Source: Candidatus Magasanikiibacteriota bacterium
GTDB lineage: Bacteria; Patescibacteriota; Patescibacteriia; Magasanikbacterales; UBA922
Assembly (NCBI GenBank): GCA_041674805.1
Contig: JBAYVA010000003.1
Location: 91,029 to 155,028 of the forward strand
Direction: 5' to 3'
DNA length: 64,000 bases
Shown: piece after piece, positions 1-10,032 of the stretch
Layout: each line of letters begins with the position of its first letter
Position numbering within the stretch: the first letter of the stretch is position 1
Made by a program: the position numbers and the translations under genes
The notes under the pieces: model-generated
Told to the model about the DNA's origin: nothing
The model's input: only the letters and a program-made list of their open reading frames with translations
Database searches by the model: none

Positions 1-1044
1 CTGATAACTACTACCCACTCTATTTTTATTCAATTCATAACTAGCCAATGTATAATTGCCAGCCCCTACTCCCAAATAACGATGTTCCTCCCAAATATTT
101 AAGGCCTCTCTATAACCAACTAACCTTTCAGAAATTGATTTTACTTCATAACTAGAATTACTTTGTATTCTATTTTGTACTAAAGTAAAAAAAATATTAA
201 ACAAAATAATAAAAAAAACAGAACTAAATATCACTGGCCACAAAATCTTTTTCTTTTTGAATATATAATAAACACTAACAAAAATAATAAAAAGTAACCA
301 CGTAATCCAAGCCGTACGACTAAACGTAAAAAATAAAGACATTGTTTGTAAAAACAAAAGAACATACAAAAATATTTTTTGTTTTTGATTATCTATTTTT
401 TGCCACAAGAAAAAAACAGCAATTATAACTAAAACCAAATAAGCTCCAAAAATATTTGGATGTACAAAAGTACCATAAGATCTAAGCCAACGACCTACTT
501 GTTCACTAGCCACAACAGAAACTCCAGAAATATCGGCTGAATAAAAACTCAAGCCAAGCAATTTGCTAGCAAATGTTTGCTGAGTCAAAAATTGCCAAAT
601 ACCCAAAATACTCGGCAATATACTAGACAAAACTAATGGCCACAAAATACTTTTTATTTGCAAAAAACCACTAGACAAAATAATAAAAAATAAAAAACCC
701 AACATCCACCAACGAGTTAACTGATAAGCTATCTCAAAATTATTTGCTACAAAAAAAGTATTAAAAAATAAATACAACAAAAATAATAAAAATGAAATAG
801 AAAAAATTTTTTCTTTATCCCAAGTTTTTTTTGCCTTTATTTCTTTATGCTTAAAAAGAATAAAAAAATCTATAACAAAAAACATGATAACAATCCACAA
901 GATAATTTCTGTTAAATAAAAAACAATTGTACCATATTGCCATTTTTGTCCATTTAAAAAACCATCTTGCACAATATAGACTGTCTGTATTGGCAAAAGA
1001 AACAAAGACAATTGAAGTAAATACTTTTTTAATTTTGAAAACAT
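1..1044 (-). CDS. O-antigen ligase/Wzy-like membrane protein (3' end outside window)
   Basis: Not in ORF track. Manual translation from ATG at 1044 gives MFSKLKKYLLQLSLFLLPIQTVY..., with many TM segments and RWLRSYGTFVHPNIFGAYL, typical of O-antigen ligases. Last gene of the glycan cluster. Confidence 0.8.
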   Translation of the reverse strand, partial: MFSKLKKYLLQLSLFLLPIQTVYIVQDGFLNGQKWQYGTIVFYLTEIILWIVIMFFVIDFFILFKHKEIKAKKTWDKEKIFSISFLLFLLYLFFNTFFVANNFEIAYQLTRWWMLGFLFFIILSSGFLQIKSILWPLVLSSILPSILGIWQFLTQQTFASKLLGLSFYSADISGVSVVASEQVGRWLRSYGTFVHPNIFGAYLVLVIIAVFFLWQKIDNQKQKIFLYVLLFLQTMSLFFTFSRTAWITWLLFIIFVSVYYIFKKKKILWPVIFSSVFFIILFNIFFTLVQNRIQSNSSYEVKSISERLVGYREALNIWEEHRYLGVGAGNYTLASYELNKNRVGSSYQ

Positions 1045-1059
1045 AATGTGATAAATTTC

Positions 1060-1198
1060 TAATTCACCTAATATCTAATTTCTAATAACATACCAAATGT
1101 ATAAATTAAATGATTTACCACTAATTTAAGACAAAAATTTTTAGGTATTATTTATTTGAAATTTTATTAGAAATTAGGTATTAGATATTAGGTGAATT
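1060..1198. repeat. Intergenic inverted repeat with heptamer periodicity
   Basis: aattcacctaatatctaatttctaataa ... ttattagaaattaggtattagatattaggtgaatt. Confidence 0.7.
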
Positions 1199-1246
1199 TT
1201 AAACGCTTACGAAAATATAAAAAAAGCCCGTGATTATTATCTGTAA

Positions 1247-2194
1247 TTATAAAACTTCTTGGCACTTATTCAACCACTTATCATAATATTCTTTTCTTCT
1301 ATCATTTTCATGAAATTTCAAAAAATCTTCTGAAATTACAACTTTGCTATCTAACATATCCGCTAAAAAACCATAGTGTTCACGCACTTTTTTCCATTGT
1401 AATTTACGCAAAAAAAATTCCAGAAAATTATTTTTTTTAAGTTTTTCTTCCCAAAATTTTTTGTGTGAATTTGAATTAGTACTAGCTAAATAATCTACCA
1501 AACAATAATGTTTGTCAGAAACATAAACATAATTATCTAGCCATTTATTGGCTTTTCTAATACTCAAATACAAATTGTCAGGATCATAAACTGGCAACAA
1601 ATTCAAAATCCAATAAATCAAATAAATATCTATTACTTTTTCCAATTTTAAATTTTCTAAATTCAACTGACTATCTACTGCAAAAAAACTTAAACATATT
1701 TTGTCTTTATGCTTGTTTTTACTAGTACGTAAACCTGATGCTTTCAAAAAAATAGTAGTAAAAAAACGTACAAACCAAATATAATTTTTCTTGGCAATAA
1801 TAAACAAATCAATATCACTATTATTTTCTGCTACTCCCATAGCTACAGTATTACAAACAAACACAGCTCGCAAAAAAGGTATTTTGGATATTTTAGACAA
1901 AGCCTTTTTCATTATAGCTAATTTTTTTTCTATAACTTTTACTTTTAATTGACGTTTTTTTATATTCTCATTTTTACCTTTCAAAAAATAAAAATTATAA
2001 GCCAACTCTATTTTTTTGTTTTTTACTAAATAATCCAAATTATAAAATAAAGATTCATCTGAAATTTTATAAGGAAAAAATAAAAAATTTAATATTTCGC
2101 TTTTAGTCAAAGGCTGCGAAAAAATATCAAAATAAGCTAATGTTTTCAAAATAGCTTCTTGTACTTTTTGATTGTTGATAAATTCCGAAGACAT
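1247..2194 (-). CDS. Pol-beta-like nucleotidyltransferase-domain protein
   Basis: VCNTVAMG...SDIDLFII (DxD) motif; located in the glycan operon. Confidence 0.65.
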   Translation of the reverse strand: MSSEFINNQKVQEAILKTLAYFDIFSQPLTKSEILNFLFFPYKISDESLFYNLDYLVKNKKIELAYNFYFLKGKNENIKKRQLKVKVIEKKLAIMKKALSKISKIPFLRAVFVCNTVAMGVAENNSDIDLFIIAKKNYIWFVRFFTTIFLKASGLRTSKNKHKDKICLSFFAVDSQLNLENLKLEKVIDIYLIYWILNLLPVYDPDNLYLSIRKANKWLDNYVYVSDKHYCLVDYLASTNSNSHKKFWEEKLKKNNFLEFFLRKLQWKKVREHYGFLADMLDSKVVISEDFLKFHENDRRKEYYDKWLNKCQEVL

Positions 2195-2199
2195 AAATA

Positions 2200-3318
2200 T
2201 TACAAATTTTTATTATATACTTCCCAAGTTTCTCTCACAAATTTTTCCAAAGAAAAACGTTTCAAATTATTTTTAGCATTATTTCTTAATTCAAATCTAA
2301 TATTTTCATCTGTTAAAATAGTATCTAAAACATCCGCTATTTGTGAAGAATTATTAGGATCAAAATATAAAGCACTATCCAACAAAATTTCTGGCAAACA
2401 ACTAGCAGAAGACACGGCTAAAGGAACATTATACACACTAGCTTCCAAAGGCGGTAAACCAAAACCTTCATACAAACTAGGAAAAACATAAACACTAGCT
2501 GATTTATAAAGCTGAATCAATTCAGTATCAGAAACTACACCTGTAAAAATTACATTCTGAACATAAAAATATTCTTCTTGAAGCTTCTCATAAAAATAAT
2601 TATTTTTACCAACTAAAACTAACTGATAATCATTATTTTTTTCTTCATTAAAAATATGCCAAGCCTCCAATAATTTACCCAAATTTTTGTGCGGATAAGC
2701 TGAACCAACATACATCACAAATTTTTTGTTTATCACAAATTTTTCCAAAACATTTACTATTTTATCCTCTATTTTTTTTACTACTTCAAAAGGTGCTTGA
2801 TACACAACTGAAATTTTTTCTGAAGAAACTTGTAAAGTGTTAATCAAATCTTGAGCTGTAAAGTTACTAGTTGTCAAAATATGCTTACTATTTTTTGCGA
2901 TGTGCTTAATCAAAGTACGATGAGCTTGATCTTTGATCCAAAATTTTACTTTACCAAGTGTGCTAGCTTCAGGACGCGGAAAATGATACATAATAAGGTC
3001 ATGTAAAGTTACTACATAATCACCTTTATAAAAATATGGCACATTCCAATGTGGAAAATGCATAAGATCAACAGGATGTTCTGTCAAAACTTTCAAAAAG
3101 TCTTTTTGTTCTTCCAAAGTATACCAAGGTATATCTGCCAAAACTTTTTCAAAATTAGGATTAACTATTTGTACATCATCAAAATTTTCTTTACGCAAAA
3201 AAATAATATAATGATTTTTAGTATCAATATTTTGCAATTGTTTTACAAGCTGTTCAACATAACGTCCTATACCAAAAGTAGAACTAAGCATGCGAGCATC
3301 TATACCTATTTTTTTCAT
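2200..3318 (-). CDS. Glycosyltransferase family 4
   Basis: IGIDAR start, PHKN, FPSLYEGFGLPPLEA. Confidence 0.92.
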   Translation of the reverse strand: MKKIGIDARMLSSTFGIGRYVEQLVKQLQNIDTKNHYIIFLRKENFDDVQIVNPNFEKVLADIPWYTLEEQKDFLKVLTEHPVDLMHFPHWNVPYFYKGDYVVTLHDLIMYHFPRPEASTLGKVKFWIKDQAHRTLIKHIAKNSKHILTTSNFTAQDLINTLQVSSEKISVVYQAPFEVVKKIEDKIVNVLEKFVINKKFVMYVGSAYPHKNLGKLLEAWHIFNEEKNNDYQLVLVGKNNYFYEKLQEEYFYVQNVIFTGVVSDTELIQLYKSASVYVFPSLYEGFGLPPLEASVYNVPLAVSSASCLPEILLDSALYFDPNNSSQIADVLDTILTDENIRFELRNNAKNNLKRFSLEKFVRETWEVYNKNL

Positions 3319-3324
3319 AAAAAT

Positions 3325-4461
3325 TTATAAATTTTGTAAAAATTCTTTTGCAGTTTTGTCCCAATCAAAATTTTCTAGTAAAAAGTTTTTATCATATTTA
3401 TTTTGTCTATGCAAATTTTTTTTCATAGCTTCTTTCAACTCTGCAACATTGTGAGGATTTACCAAAACGACATTATTATCAACAATTTCCAAAAGAGAAG
3501 AACGATTACTAGTCACTACAGAAACTCCACTAATCATAGCTTCCAAAACAGGAAAACCAAAACCTTCATACAAACTAGGATACAAAAATAATTTAGACAA
3601 TTTGTATAAAGCAGGTTTGTCTAGCGCATCAACATAACCAATATAATGAACTCCTCTAGTTTCATCTATGCTCTTAATAATTTTTTCATATTTCCAACCA
3701 CGATTACCAGCAATTACCAAATTAATTTTTTTATTTATCAAATTTGAATTAGAATAAGCTTGAATAATAGATAAAATATTTTTTCTAGGTTCCAAAGTAC
3801 CAAGAAAAAAAATAAAATTTTCCGGTAAATTATATTTGTTTTTTAAATATGAGACATCTATACTTTTGTCTAAATTATCTAAAAAATTTTTACTAATACC
3901 TGGATAAAGAACTTTTACAAAATTAGGATTACAATGATACATTTCTACCAAATCATTTTTAGTATTTAAAGAAGGAGTAAAAATCAAATGAGCTTGATGA
4001 CAATGTCTCTTTGGATTAATAAGTTTGTGCCACAATAACATTTTTTTGCTAAAACAATGTGGCAAAAATTCAAAACTCAAATCATGAATAGTCAAAATAG
4101 TTTTGACATGTTCAGATAAATTCAGAAAATTCAAATTTGGTGAAAACCAATAATCTATTTTTTCTATTTGTTTTTTGTATATTTTGTAAAAATATTTAGC
4201 AACAAACAAATCCAACTTGATAAATTTCAACAAAATAAATAAATTCAATAATTTATTAGGCCAATTTGTTTTTATCAAAAAAACATTATGGTAATTTACA
4301 AAAGAAAAATCAACTTCATTTTTTTTTAAAGAATTAAAAAACAAAATATAATTATTTGCACTATCTTGTGAAAAAATAGCATCCAAAAGTTCATAAGTAT
4401 ATTCCCCCACTCCAGTGCGTTTTTTTTCAGTCAGACTGCGGATGTCTATTACTATATTCAT
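3325..4461 (-). CDS. Glycosyltransferase family 4
   Basis: GTLEPRKN, YPSLYEGFGFPVLEAM. Confidence 0.92.
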   Translation of the reverse strand: MNIVIDIRSLTEKKRTGVGEYTYELLDAIFSQDSANNYILFFNSLKKNEVDFSFVNYHNVFLIKTNWPNKLLNLFILLKFIKLDLFVAKYFYKIYKKQIEKIDYWFSPNLNFLNLSEHVKTILTIHDLSFEFLPHCFSKKMLLWHKLINPKRHCHQAHLIFTPSLNTKNDLVEMYHCNPNFVKVLYPGISKNFLDNLDKSIDVSYLKNKYNLPENFIFFLGTLEPRKNILSIIQAYSNSNLINKKINLVIAGNRGWKYEKIIKSIDETRGVHYIGYVDALDKPALYKLSKLFLYPSLYEGFGFPVLEAMISGVSVVTSNRSSLLEIVDNNVVLVNPHNVAELKEAMKKNLHRQNKYDKNFLLENFDWDKTAKEFLQNL

Positions 4462-4536
4462 ATTTATATAATTTTAAATTTAGAAATTTAGAAATTTTAA
4501 AAAAATTTAAAATTCAAAATTAAAAATTCCTAAATT

Positions 4537-5658
4537 TTAAAGATTACAACTATTTATTTCTGACAAAAATGCGAAATATTTTTTTTCAACATAATTTTTG
4601 ATTTTTTTTTTGAAAATCTTTACATCAAAACTTTTAGCATGTTCTCTTATTTTTTGACTATCCCAATTATACTTTTCGAAATTCAAAACTGTTTCAAACA
4701 AACTTTCCCAATCTTGTTTATAAAAAAATAATCCAGTTGCACCATCTATCACAGTCTCAGTCACTCCACCTACTCCATAAGCGATAACAGGCCTACCAGC
4801 TGACATTGCTTCTATAGGTGTAATACCAAAATCTTCTACTTGAGGATGAATAAAAGCTTTGGCAGAACTCAAAATTTTTATTTTTTCTTCCTCACTAACA
4901 CGTCCCAAAAATTCAATATTACTTTTGGCAATTTTTTTCAAAGATTCCAAAGATGGACCATCACCAAAAATCTTTAATTTATAACCAAGACGATTGAAAG
5001 CCTGCACTACTAAATCAAAACGCTTATAATTGACAATGCGCCCACCTGTCACAAAATAATCACCTACTTTTTCACTCACAAAAAATTTATCAAAATCCAC
5101 TGGAGGAAAAATAACATCGCTATTACGACGATAATATTTTTTTATTCTTTTAAAAACAGTATGCGAATTAGCAATAAAATAATCTACTCTATCAACACTA
5201 TTTTTATCCCAAATACGTAATTTGTGTATAAGACGTGGCAAAAATAATTTAATAAAAAAATTATATTTTAAATCATGAATATATTCATGAGTGTCAGACC
5301 ATAAATAACGAGTTGGTGTGTGACAATATGAAATATGTAAACCATCTTCTTTGGTCAAAATTCCTTTAGCAAAAGCACTGGTAGAAGAAAGAACTACGTC
5401 AAAATCACCTAAATTATGTTTTTCCGTAGCAATGGGCATCAAAGGTAAATACCATTGATATTTTTTTCTTACAAAAGGCAACTTGGACAAAAATGATTCT
5501 TTAATCAAATTTTCTGGAAAATTTTTTATTTTTTTATTGTCATGAAATAAAACAAAAATTGGCGCTTCTGGCCAAATCTCATGAAACGCTTGCAAAACTC
5601 TTTCAGCTCCCCCATCTTGTGAAAGATAATCATGTACTAGTGCTATTCTCATAATCAA
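4537..5658 (-). CDS. Glycosyltransferase family 4 (mannosyltransferase-like)
   Basis: ALVHDYL..GGAERV, YCHTPTRYLW, EDFGITPIEAM. Confidence 0.92.
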   Translation of the reverse strand: MIMRIALVHDYLSQDGGAERVLQAFHEIWPEAPIFVLFHDNKKIKNFPENLIKESFLSKLPFVRKKYQWYLPLMPIATEKHNLGDFDVVLSSTSAFAKGILTKEDGLHISYCHTPTRYLWSDTHEYIHDLKYNFFIKLFLPRLIHKLRIWDKNSVDRVDYFIANSHTVFKRIKKYYRRNSDVIFPPVDFDKFFVSEKVGDYFVTGGRIVNYKRFDLVVQAFNRLGYKLKIFGDGPSLESLKKIAKSNIEFLGRVSEEEKIKILSSAKAFIHPQVEDFGITPIEAMSAGRPVIAYGVGGVTETVIDGATGLFFYKQDWESLFETVLNFEKYNWDSQKIREHAKSFDVKIFKKKIKNYVEKKYFAFLSEINSCNL

Positions 5659-5659
5659 A

Positions 5660-5748
5660 TGCTTGAAAGGCTTAAAATACTAGTTGCTACACAAATATTT
5701 TAAAAAGCCTTTCAAGCTTTTGGAGCTTTTCAGGCCTTTTTAGCCTTT
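5660..5748. repeat. Intergenic ~9-mer periodic repeat/hairpin (related copy at 28331-28377)
   Basis: gcttgaaaggctt ... aagcctttcaagcttttggagcttttcaggcctttttagcc. Confidence 0.6.
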
Positions 5749-7167
5749 TTATAAAACTTTTCTCTTTCTAAATAAAATAAAAGGAGTCTTAACAAAAACA
5801 ATAATATCCAAATACAAACTCCATTTTTCTATATAAAAAATATCCAATTTCATTTCTTCTTCAAATGACAAATCACTTCTACCAGAAATTTGAGACAAAC
5901 CTGTAATACCTGGTTTCAAAACAAAAACATCAGGATATTCATCTGAATATTTTTCTACTTCTCTTGGCTGATGTGGACGTGGACCTACAATGCTCATTTC
6001 ACCTTTCAAAACATTAAAAAATTGTGGTAGTTCATCAATACTAACACGACGAATAAATCTACCAAAAGGTGTAACACGTGGATCATTTTCAATTTTGTAA
6101 ATTGGTCCTTTTTTACTATTATTTTTATTAATCAATTCTTTTTCTTTTTTCTCAGCCTCTTCACCAGATTTAACGAATTGACTGCCTGTACAATCTTGTT
6201 GATACATCGAACGAAATTTCAAAGTAAAAAAATTTTTACCACGAATACCCACACGTTCATTTTTGTAAATAATAGGACGACCAGTTTCTAACAAAATAAT
6301 CAAACTAGCCAAAAGCATAATCGGACTAATAATAATCAAAATCATTACACTCATAATAATATCAAAAATTCTTTTGGAAATTCTACCCCACCCATCGAGA
6401 GGTGTCTTTTTTAATTCTACGATAGGTATACCTGCCAAAGTATAGATACTCATATTAGTAGAATAAGTAGCAAAAATATCAGCTGAATATTTGAAAACAA
6501 TATGATTTTTATCACAAAATTGTTTCAATTGGATAATATTATCTTCATTATTTTTTGGACTAAACAAAATAATTTCATTAATATTCATTTTTTTTAATTC
6601 ATCATTTAAATTTTTATGGTAATTTTCATAAACTTTTATAACAAAATAACCTAAACGAGAATTTTTTTCTAAAGTATTTACAAAATCCAAAACATTTTTT
6701 TCTTCTCCTATCACAACAACACGACGCAAACCAATTCCAAAACGATACAAAATTGCTTTTAGACCTCTAAGCAAAAATCTTCCTATCATTACAAAAAACA
6801 TGGCAAAAAACCAACTAGCCAAAAGTAAAAATCTTGAATCAAACAATTGACCTGAAAATACAATATATAGAGAAACTATAGATAATCCAATAAAACAAGC
6901 AAATATTATTTTCAATAAATCTTTTGCAAAACGACGGTTTTGATCAATAGAATACAAACCCAAAATAGCAAAAATTATAATCCAAATTATAGAAAAAATA
7001 CTAACTGTGTTTATAAATTGAGACAAATTGATCCCAAAAATCACCGGTTTGATAGCTACAACAAAATCACTAAAACGCAGTGAATAGGCCGTAAAACCAG
7101 CCAAAACAAGCATCAAAAAGTCAATTGGTACTTGTAATAACATAAGTAAAATTTCCGAACGTTTCAT
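5749..7167 (-). CDS. Polyprenyl-phosphate sugar-1-phosphate transferase (WcaJ/WbaP-like priming glycosyltransferase)
   Basis: N-terminal TMs; [47 protein letters not shown]. Confidence 0.93.
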   Translation of the reverse strand: MKRSEILLMLLQVPIDFLMLVLAGFTAYSLRFSDFVVAIKPVIFGINLSQFINTVSIFSIIWIIIFAILGLYSIDQNRRFAKDLLKIIFACFIGLSIVSLYIVFSGQLFDSRFLLLASWFFAMFFVMIGRFLLRGLKAILYRFGIGLRRVVVIGEEKNVLDFVNTLEKNSRLGYFVIKVYENYHKNLNDELKKMNINEIILFSPKNNEDNIIQLKQFCDKNHIVFKYSADIFATYSTNMSIYTLAGIPIVELKKTPLDGWGRISKRIFDIIMSVMILIIISPIMLLASLIILLETGRPIIYKNERVGIRGKNFFTLKFRSMYQQDCTGSQFVKSGEEAEKKEKELINKNNSKKGPIYKIENDPRVTPFGRFIRRVSIDELPQFFNVLKGEMSIVGPRPHQPREVEKYSDEYPDVFVLKPGITGLSQISGRSDLSFEEEMKLDIFYIEKWSLYLDIIVFVKTPFILFRKRKVL

Positions 7168-7291
7168 AGTTTATTTAGATAATAATTACTCTTATGATAG
7201 CCTAATTTTTGCAATTAGTCAAACTATAAAAATTCTAAATCATGAATCCTAAATGCCAAATAAATAGAAAGAAAAAACGGTTTTTAAATAA

Positions 7292-7325
7292 AAAAAGACC
7301 ACCTTGTTTACACAAGCTGGTCTTA
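7292..7325 (-). terminator. Intrinsic terminator downstream of rnpB
   Basis: aaaaaagacc...ggtctt hairpin with a U-tract on the minus strand. Confidence 0.55.
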
Positions 7326-7331
7326 ATTATT

Positions 7332-7739
7332 CATTCTACATTTATAAGCCGAATTTTGTTCCCGACTTAGTCGGGAGATGATCATTTATCTAGACCTATA
7401 ATTGCTTATAGGCTCAAACGAGCTAACTTTTCGAAACGATAAATCGCAACGCTGCTCTTTCTTCAGATAGGGTTTACCACGGCATCTCATCACTGAGAGC
7501 CGAAGCTTGTAACCATTTGTCAATTGTGCAAATGATATCAAACTACTTTTCACCTTTTGTCCGCCGAATCGGCGAGTTAGTATTGTCTCTGTGGCACTTT
7601 CCCGCTCAATACCCTTTCAGATAAAGAGGGTGGACGTTATCCACTATCTTTGTCCCAACCCTTCGAGAAGGGTATGGGGAAGTTCGGACTTTCCTATTAG
7701 TCACAATAAAGCAACCAATCGATCATCAAATGTAAAATG
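7332..7739 (-). ncRNA. rnpB: RNase P RNA
   Basis: Minus strand has AGGAAAGTCC near the 5' end, AGTGCCACAGA internally and AACAAAATTCGGCTTAT near the 3' end; termini pair (cattttacattt / aaatgtagaatg). Confidence 0.93.
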
Positions 7740-7822
7740 CTAGCCCGCCTTGGGCGGGAACAGGCTAAATATAGCAGAAAAAGGCTTTTTTGTCAATATA
7801 AACAACACTCAAAAAATCAAAA

Positions 7823-8458
7823 TTATTTTTTGTCATTCATCTTTTCCAAATACTGTGGCAAAATACGTTCTATAGTATCTACAACAATACGTGTAGATTG
7901 ATCTACTTCTACATTGACTTTGTCACCAACAATTTTAAAACCAAAAGTCGTCCTAGCCAATGTCTCTGGTATAAACCAAACTTTAAAAGTGTGATCAGAA
8001 AAATTTGGTTCTACTACAGTCAAACTAGCACCATCAAGAGCAATAAAACCTTTGTTAAACACATATTTAGTTAAATTCTCTGAAATCTGAAAAGTTACAG
8101 CATGATTGTTTTCTAATTTTTCTATATGAACAATTTCAACTACACCGTGCACATGTCCTGAAATATGATGTCCTCCATTTTCATCACCTTCAATAGCTGA
8201 ACGCTCTACATTTACTTTATGACCAGTTTTCAAACTACTCAAAGTAGTCAAACTAAGCGTTTCTTGCATCACATCAAAAAATACTTCATTATCTAAAATT
8301 TTGTTAACTGTCAAACAAACACCATCTACTGACACACTAGCCCCTATTTTCAATCCAGATAACAATTCAACTGGTAACATTAAAGAAAAACTAAGAAGAC
8401 CAGGCAATATTTTTGTCTTAGCTACAGGTAAACAAGCTTGTATTATTCCAGTATACAT
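7823..8458 (-). CDS. ribE: Riboflavin synthase (alpha chain)
   Basis: MYTGII start, GASVSVDGVCLTV, VNVERS, GGHHISGHV, KGFIALDGASLTV; two lumazine-binding repeats. Confidence 0.92.
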   Translation of the reverse strand: MYTGIIQACLPVAKTKILPGLLSFSLMLPVELLSGLKIGASVSVDGVCLTVNKILDNEVFFDVMQETLSLTTLSSLKTGHKVNVERSAIEGDENGGHHISGHVHGVVEIVHIEKLENNHAVTFQISENLTKYVFNKGFIALDGASLTVVEPNFSDHTFKVWFIPETLARTTFGFKIVGDKVNVEVDQSTRIVVDTIERILPQYLEKMNDKK

Positions 8459-8487
8459 AAAAAATAAATTTATTATTTGATTTTTTG

Positions 8488-8569
8488 TATCGAAGGGGGG
8501 ACTCGAACCCCCACGCTCTTACGAGCCTAGCACCTCAAGCTAGTGTGTATACCATTCCACCACTCCGAC
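8488..8569 (-). tRNA. tRNA-Leu(GAG)
   Basis: GTCGGAG acceptor stem, anticodon arm CTAGC-TTGAGGT-GCTAG, long variable arm, GGTTCGAGTCC T-arm; CCA not encoded. Confidence 0.95.
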
Positions 8570-8669
8570 TTTTCACACTGATTACACTACTGCCTGCCGG
8601 CAGAGATTAAAAAAGATTACACTGATTGATATACTTCTGTGTAATCCATAAAAATCAGTGAAATCAATG

Positions 8670-9431
8670 CTAAAATTTTCTATCACGACCAACAATCATT
8701 TCAATTCTACTTTTTGCTAGTTTTATTTTTACTTTTATTTCCTTTGAAATGTTACCATCAGTCTCTACCACAAAAGGCTTTTTACTATAAACAATTATTT
8801 CTTCAAAAGGAAAAATGCTTGGTTCTTCAAACTGCTCTTTTTTGAAAAAACCAGTTTTTACAATCGGACGTAAAAATGCTTCCAACTTACCATCTTGTGG
8901 ATGCACCACAAAATCTTTGCCACCTTTTGTCCACACAAATGGTTTCAAATTACAGACTACTAATTCCATTAATTTGCCTTTACTAGCTACTTTGAAACTT
9001 TCATCATATTCAATTTGAATATCACTAGGTGGAATATGAAGTTGAGAAATAAAATATCTATTATTTAGCCAGCCAACATCTAAATATAATTTTCTTCTCT
9101 TAGCCAAAATATCGCAAGCATCAAGACCAACAGGAATACCCAAAACTTCAGCAATAGTATTTTCAGTACCAACTGGCAAAAAACCATAAGTAACACGACA
9201 AGAAGCAGCACGGGACAAAACATGACCAAATGTCACATCATTACCAACTACTACAATAGTTTTAGCACCTTTTCTTATTTCATCTTCAATCAACATTTCA
9301 CAATTAGTATAACGCTGCAAACGAATTATTTTCCCAGCAATACCATAATCTGTTAATCTAGTTTCCATTGCTTTAACCAAAGAGTCATATCTTTTGTTTT
9401 TTAAAAAATTGTCATAAAGATAGACATACAT
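8670..9431 (-). CDS. Diacylglycerol kinase/YegS-like family protein
   Basis: VVVGNDVTF (GGDGT-like), GFLPVG.ENTIA..LGIP, DGKLE. Confidence 0.75.
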   Translation of the reverse strand: MYVYLYDNFLKNKRYDSLVKAMETRLTDYGIAGKIIRLQRYTNCEMLIEDEIRKGAKTIVVVGNDVTFGHVLSRAASCRVTYGFLPVGTENTIAEVLGIPVGLDACDILAKRRKLYLDVGWLNNRYFISQLHIPPSDIQIEYDESFKVASKGKLMELVVCNLKPFVWTKGGKDFVVHPQDGKLEAFLRPIVKTGFFKKEQFEEPSIFPFEEIIVYSKKPFVVETDGNISKEIKVKIKLAKSRIEMIVGRDRKF

Positions 9432-9464
9432 AAAGAAGATTCTTAAAACTTATTTCAACAAAAA

Positions 9465-9941
9465 CTATGCCTCCATTTGAGCATCGATATCCTCTTCAAT
9501 AGTCTTTTTTACACGTTTTGCTACTTTTTTTAATGAAGAATTTTCTATACCATCCATACTTACTTTACCTTGTAACAAAGCTCCAGCTTCAATTACTAAA
9601 GTAGCACAACTAATATCCCCAAGCAAACGAGCAGAAGATGTAAGCTCAAGACGTCCCTCTACTTTGACATTACCTTGTACTTCTCCAGAAACTACAGCAT
9701 CACCTGCTTTGACATTAGCCAAAATTTTGGCACCTTCTTCTACCGTCAAAAGACGTCCAGTTTTTACATTACCAGAAACAGTACCTTTGACCAAAATATT
9801 ACCTTCAGAGACAAAATCACCCTCTACTACCACAGATGGACCCACCACAGTTTCTACTTGATCTTCTTGATTAGAATGATGAGCATGATTAGTACTAGGT
9901 GCTGAAAAATTAGCTAAATCTTCTTGATTTTGTTTGAACAT
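9465..9941 (-). CDS. Bactofilin (polymer-forming cytoskeletal protein, CcmA family)
   Basis: TVVGPSVVVEGDF..EGNILVKGTVSGNV...LVIEAGALLQG beta-helix repeats. Confidence 0.92.
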   Translation of the reverse strand: MFKQNQEDLANFSAPSTNHAHHSNQEDQVETVVGPSVVVEGDFVSEGNILVKGTVSGNVKTGRLLTVEEGAKILANVKAGDAVVSGEVQGNVKVEGRLELTSSARLLGDISCATLVIEAGALLQGKVSMDGIENSSLKKVAKRVKKTIEEDIDAQMEA

Positions 9942-10032
9942 AAATATTTAAGATTAATTTTTAAAATATATGCTATTATAGCATTAAAACAGACAAAAAG
10001 TCAAAAGTCTTCCATTCCATGTTCCACATTCC

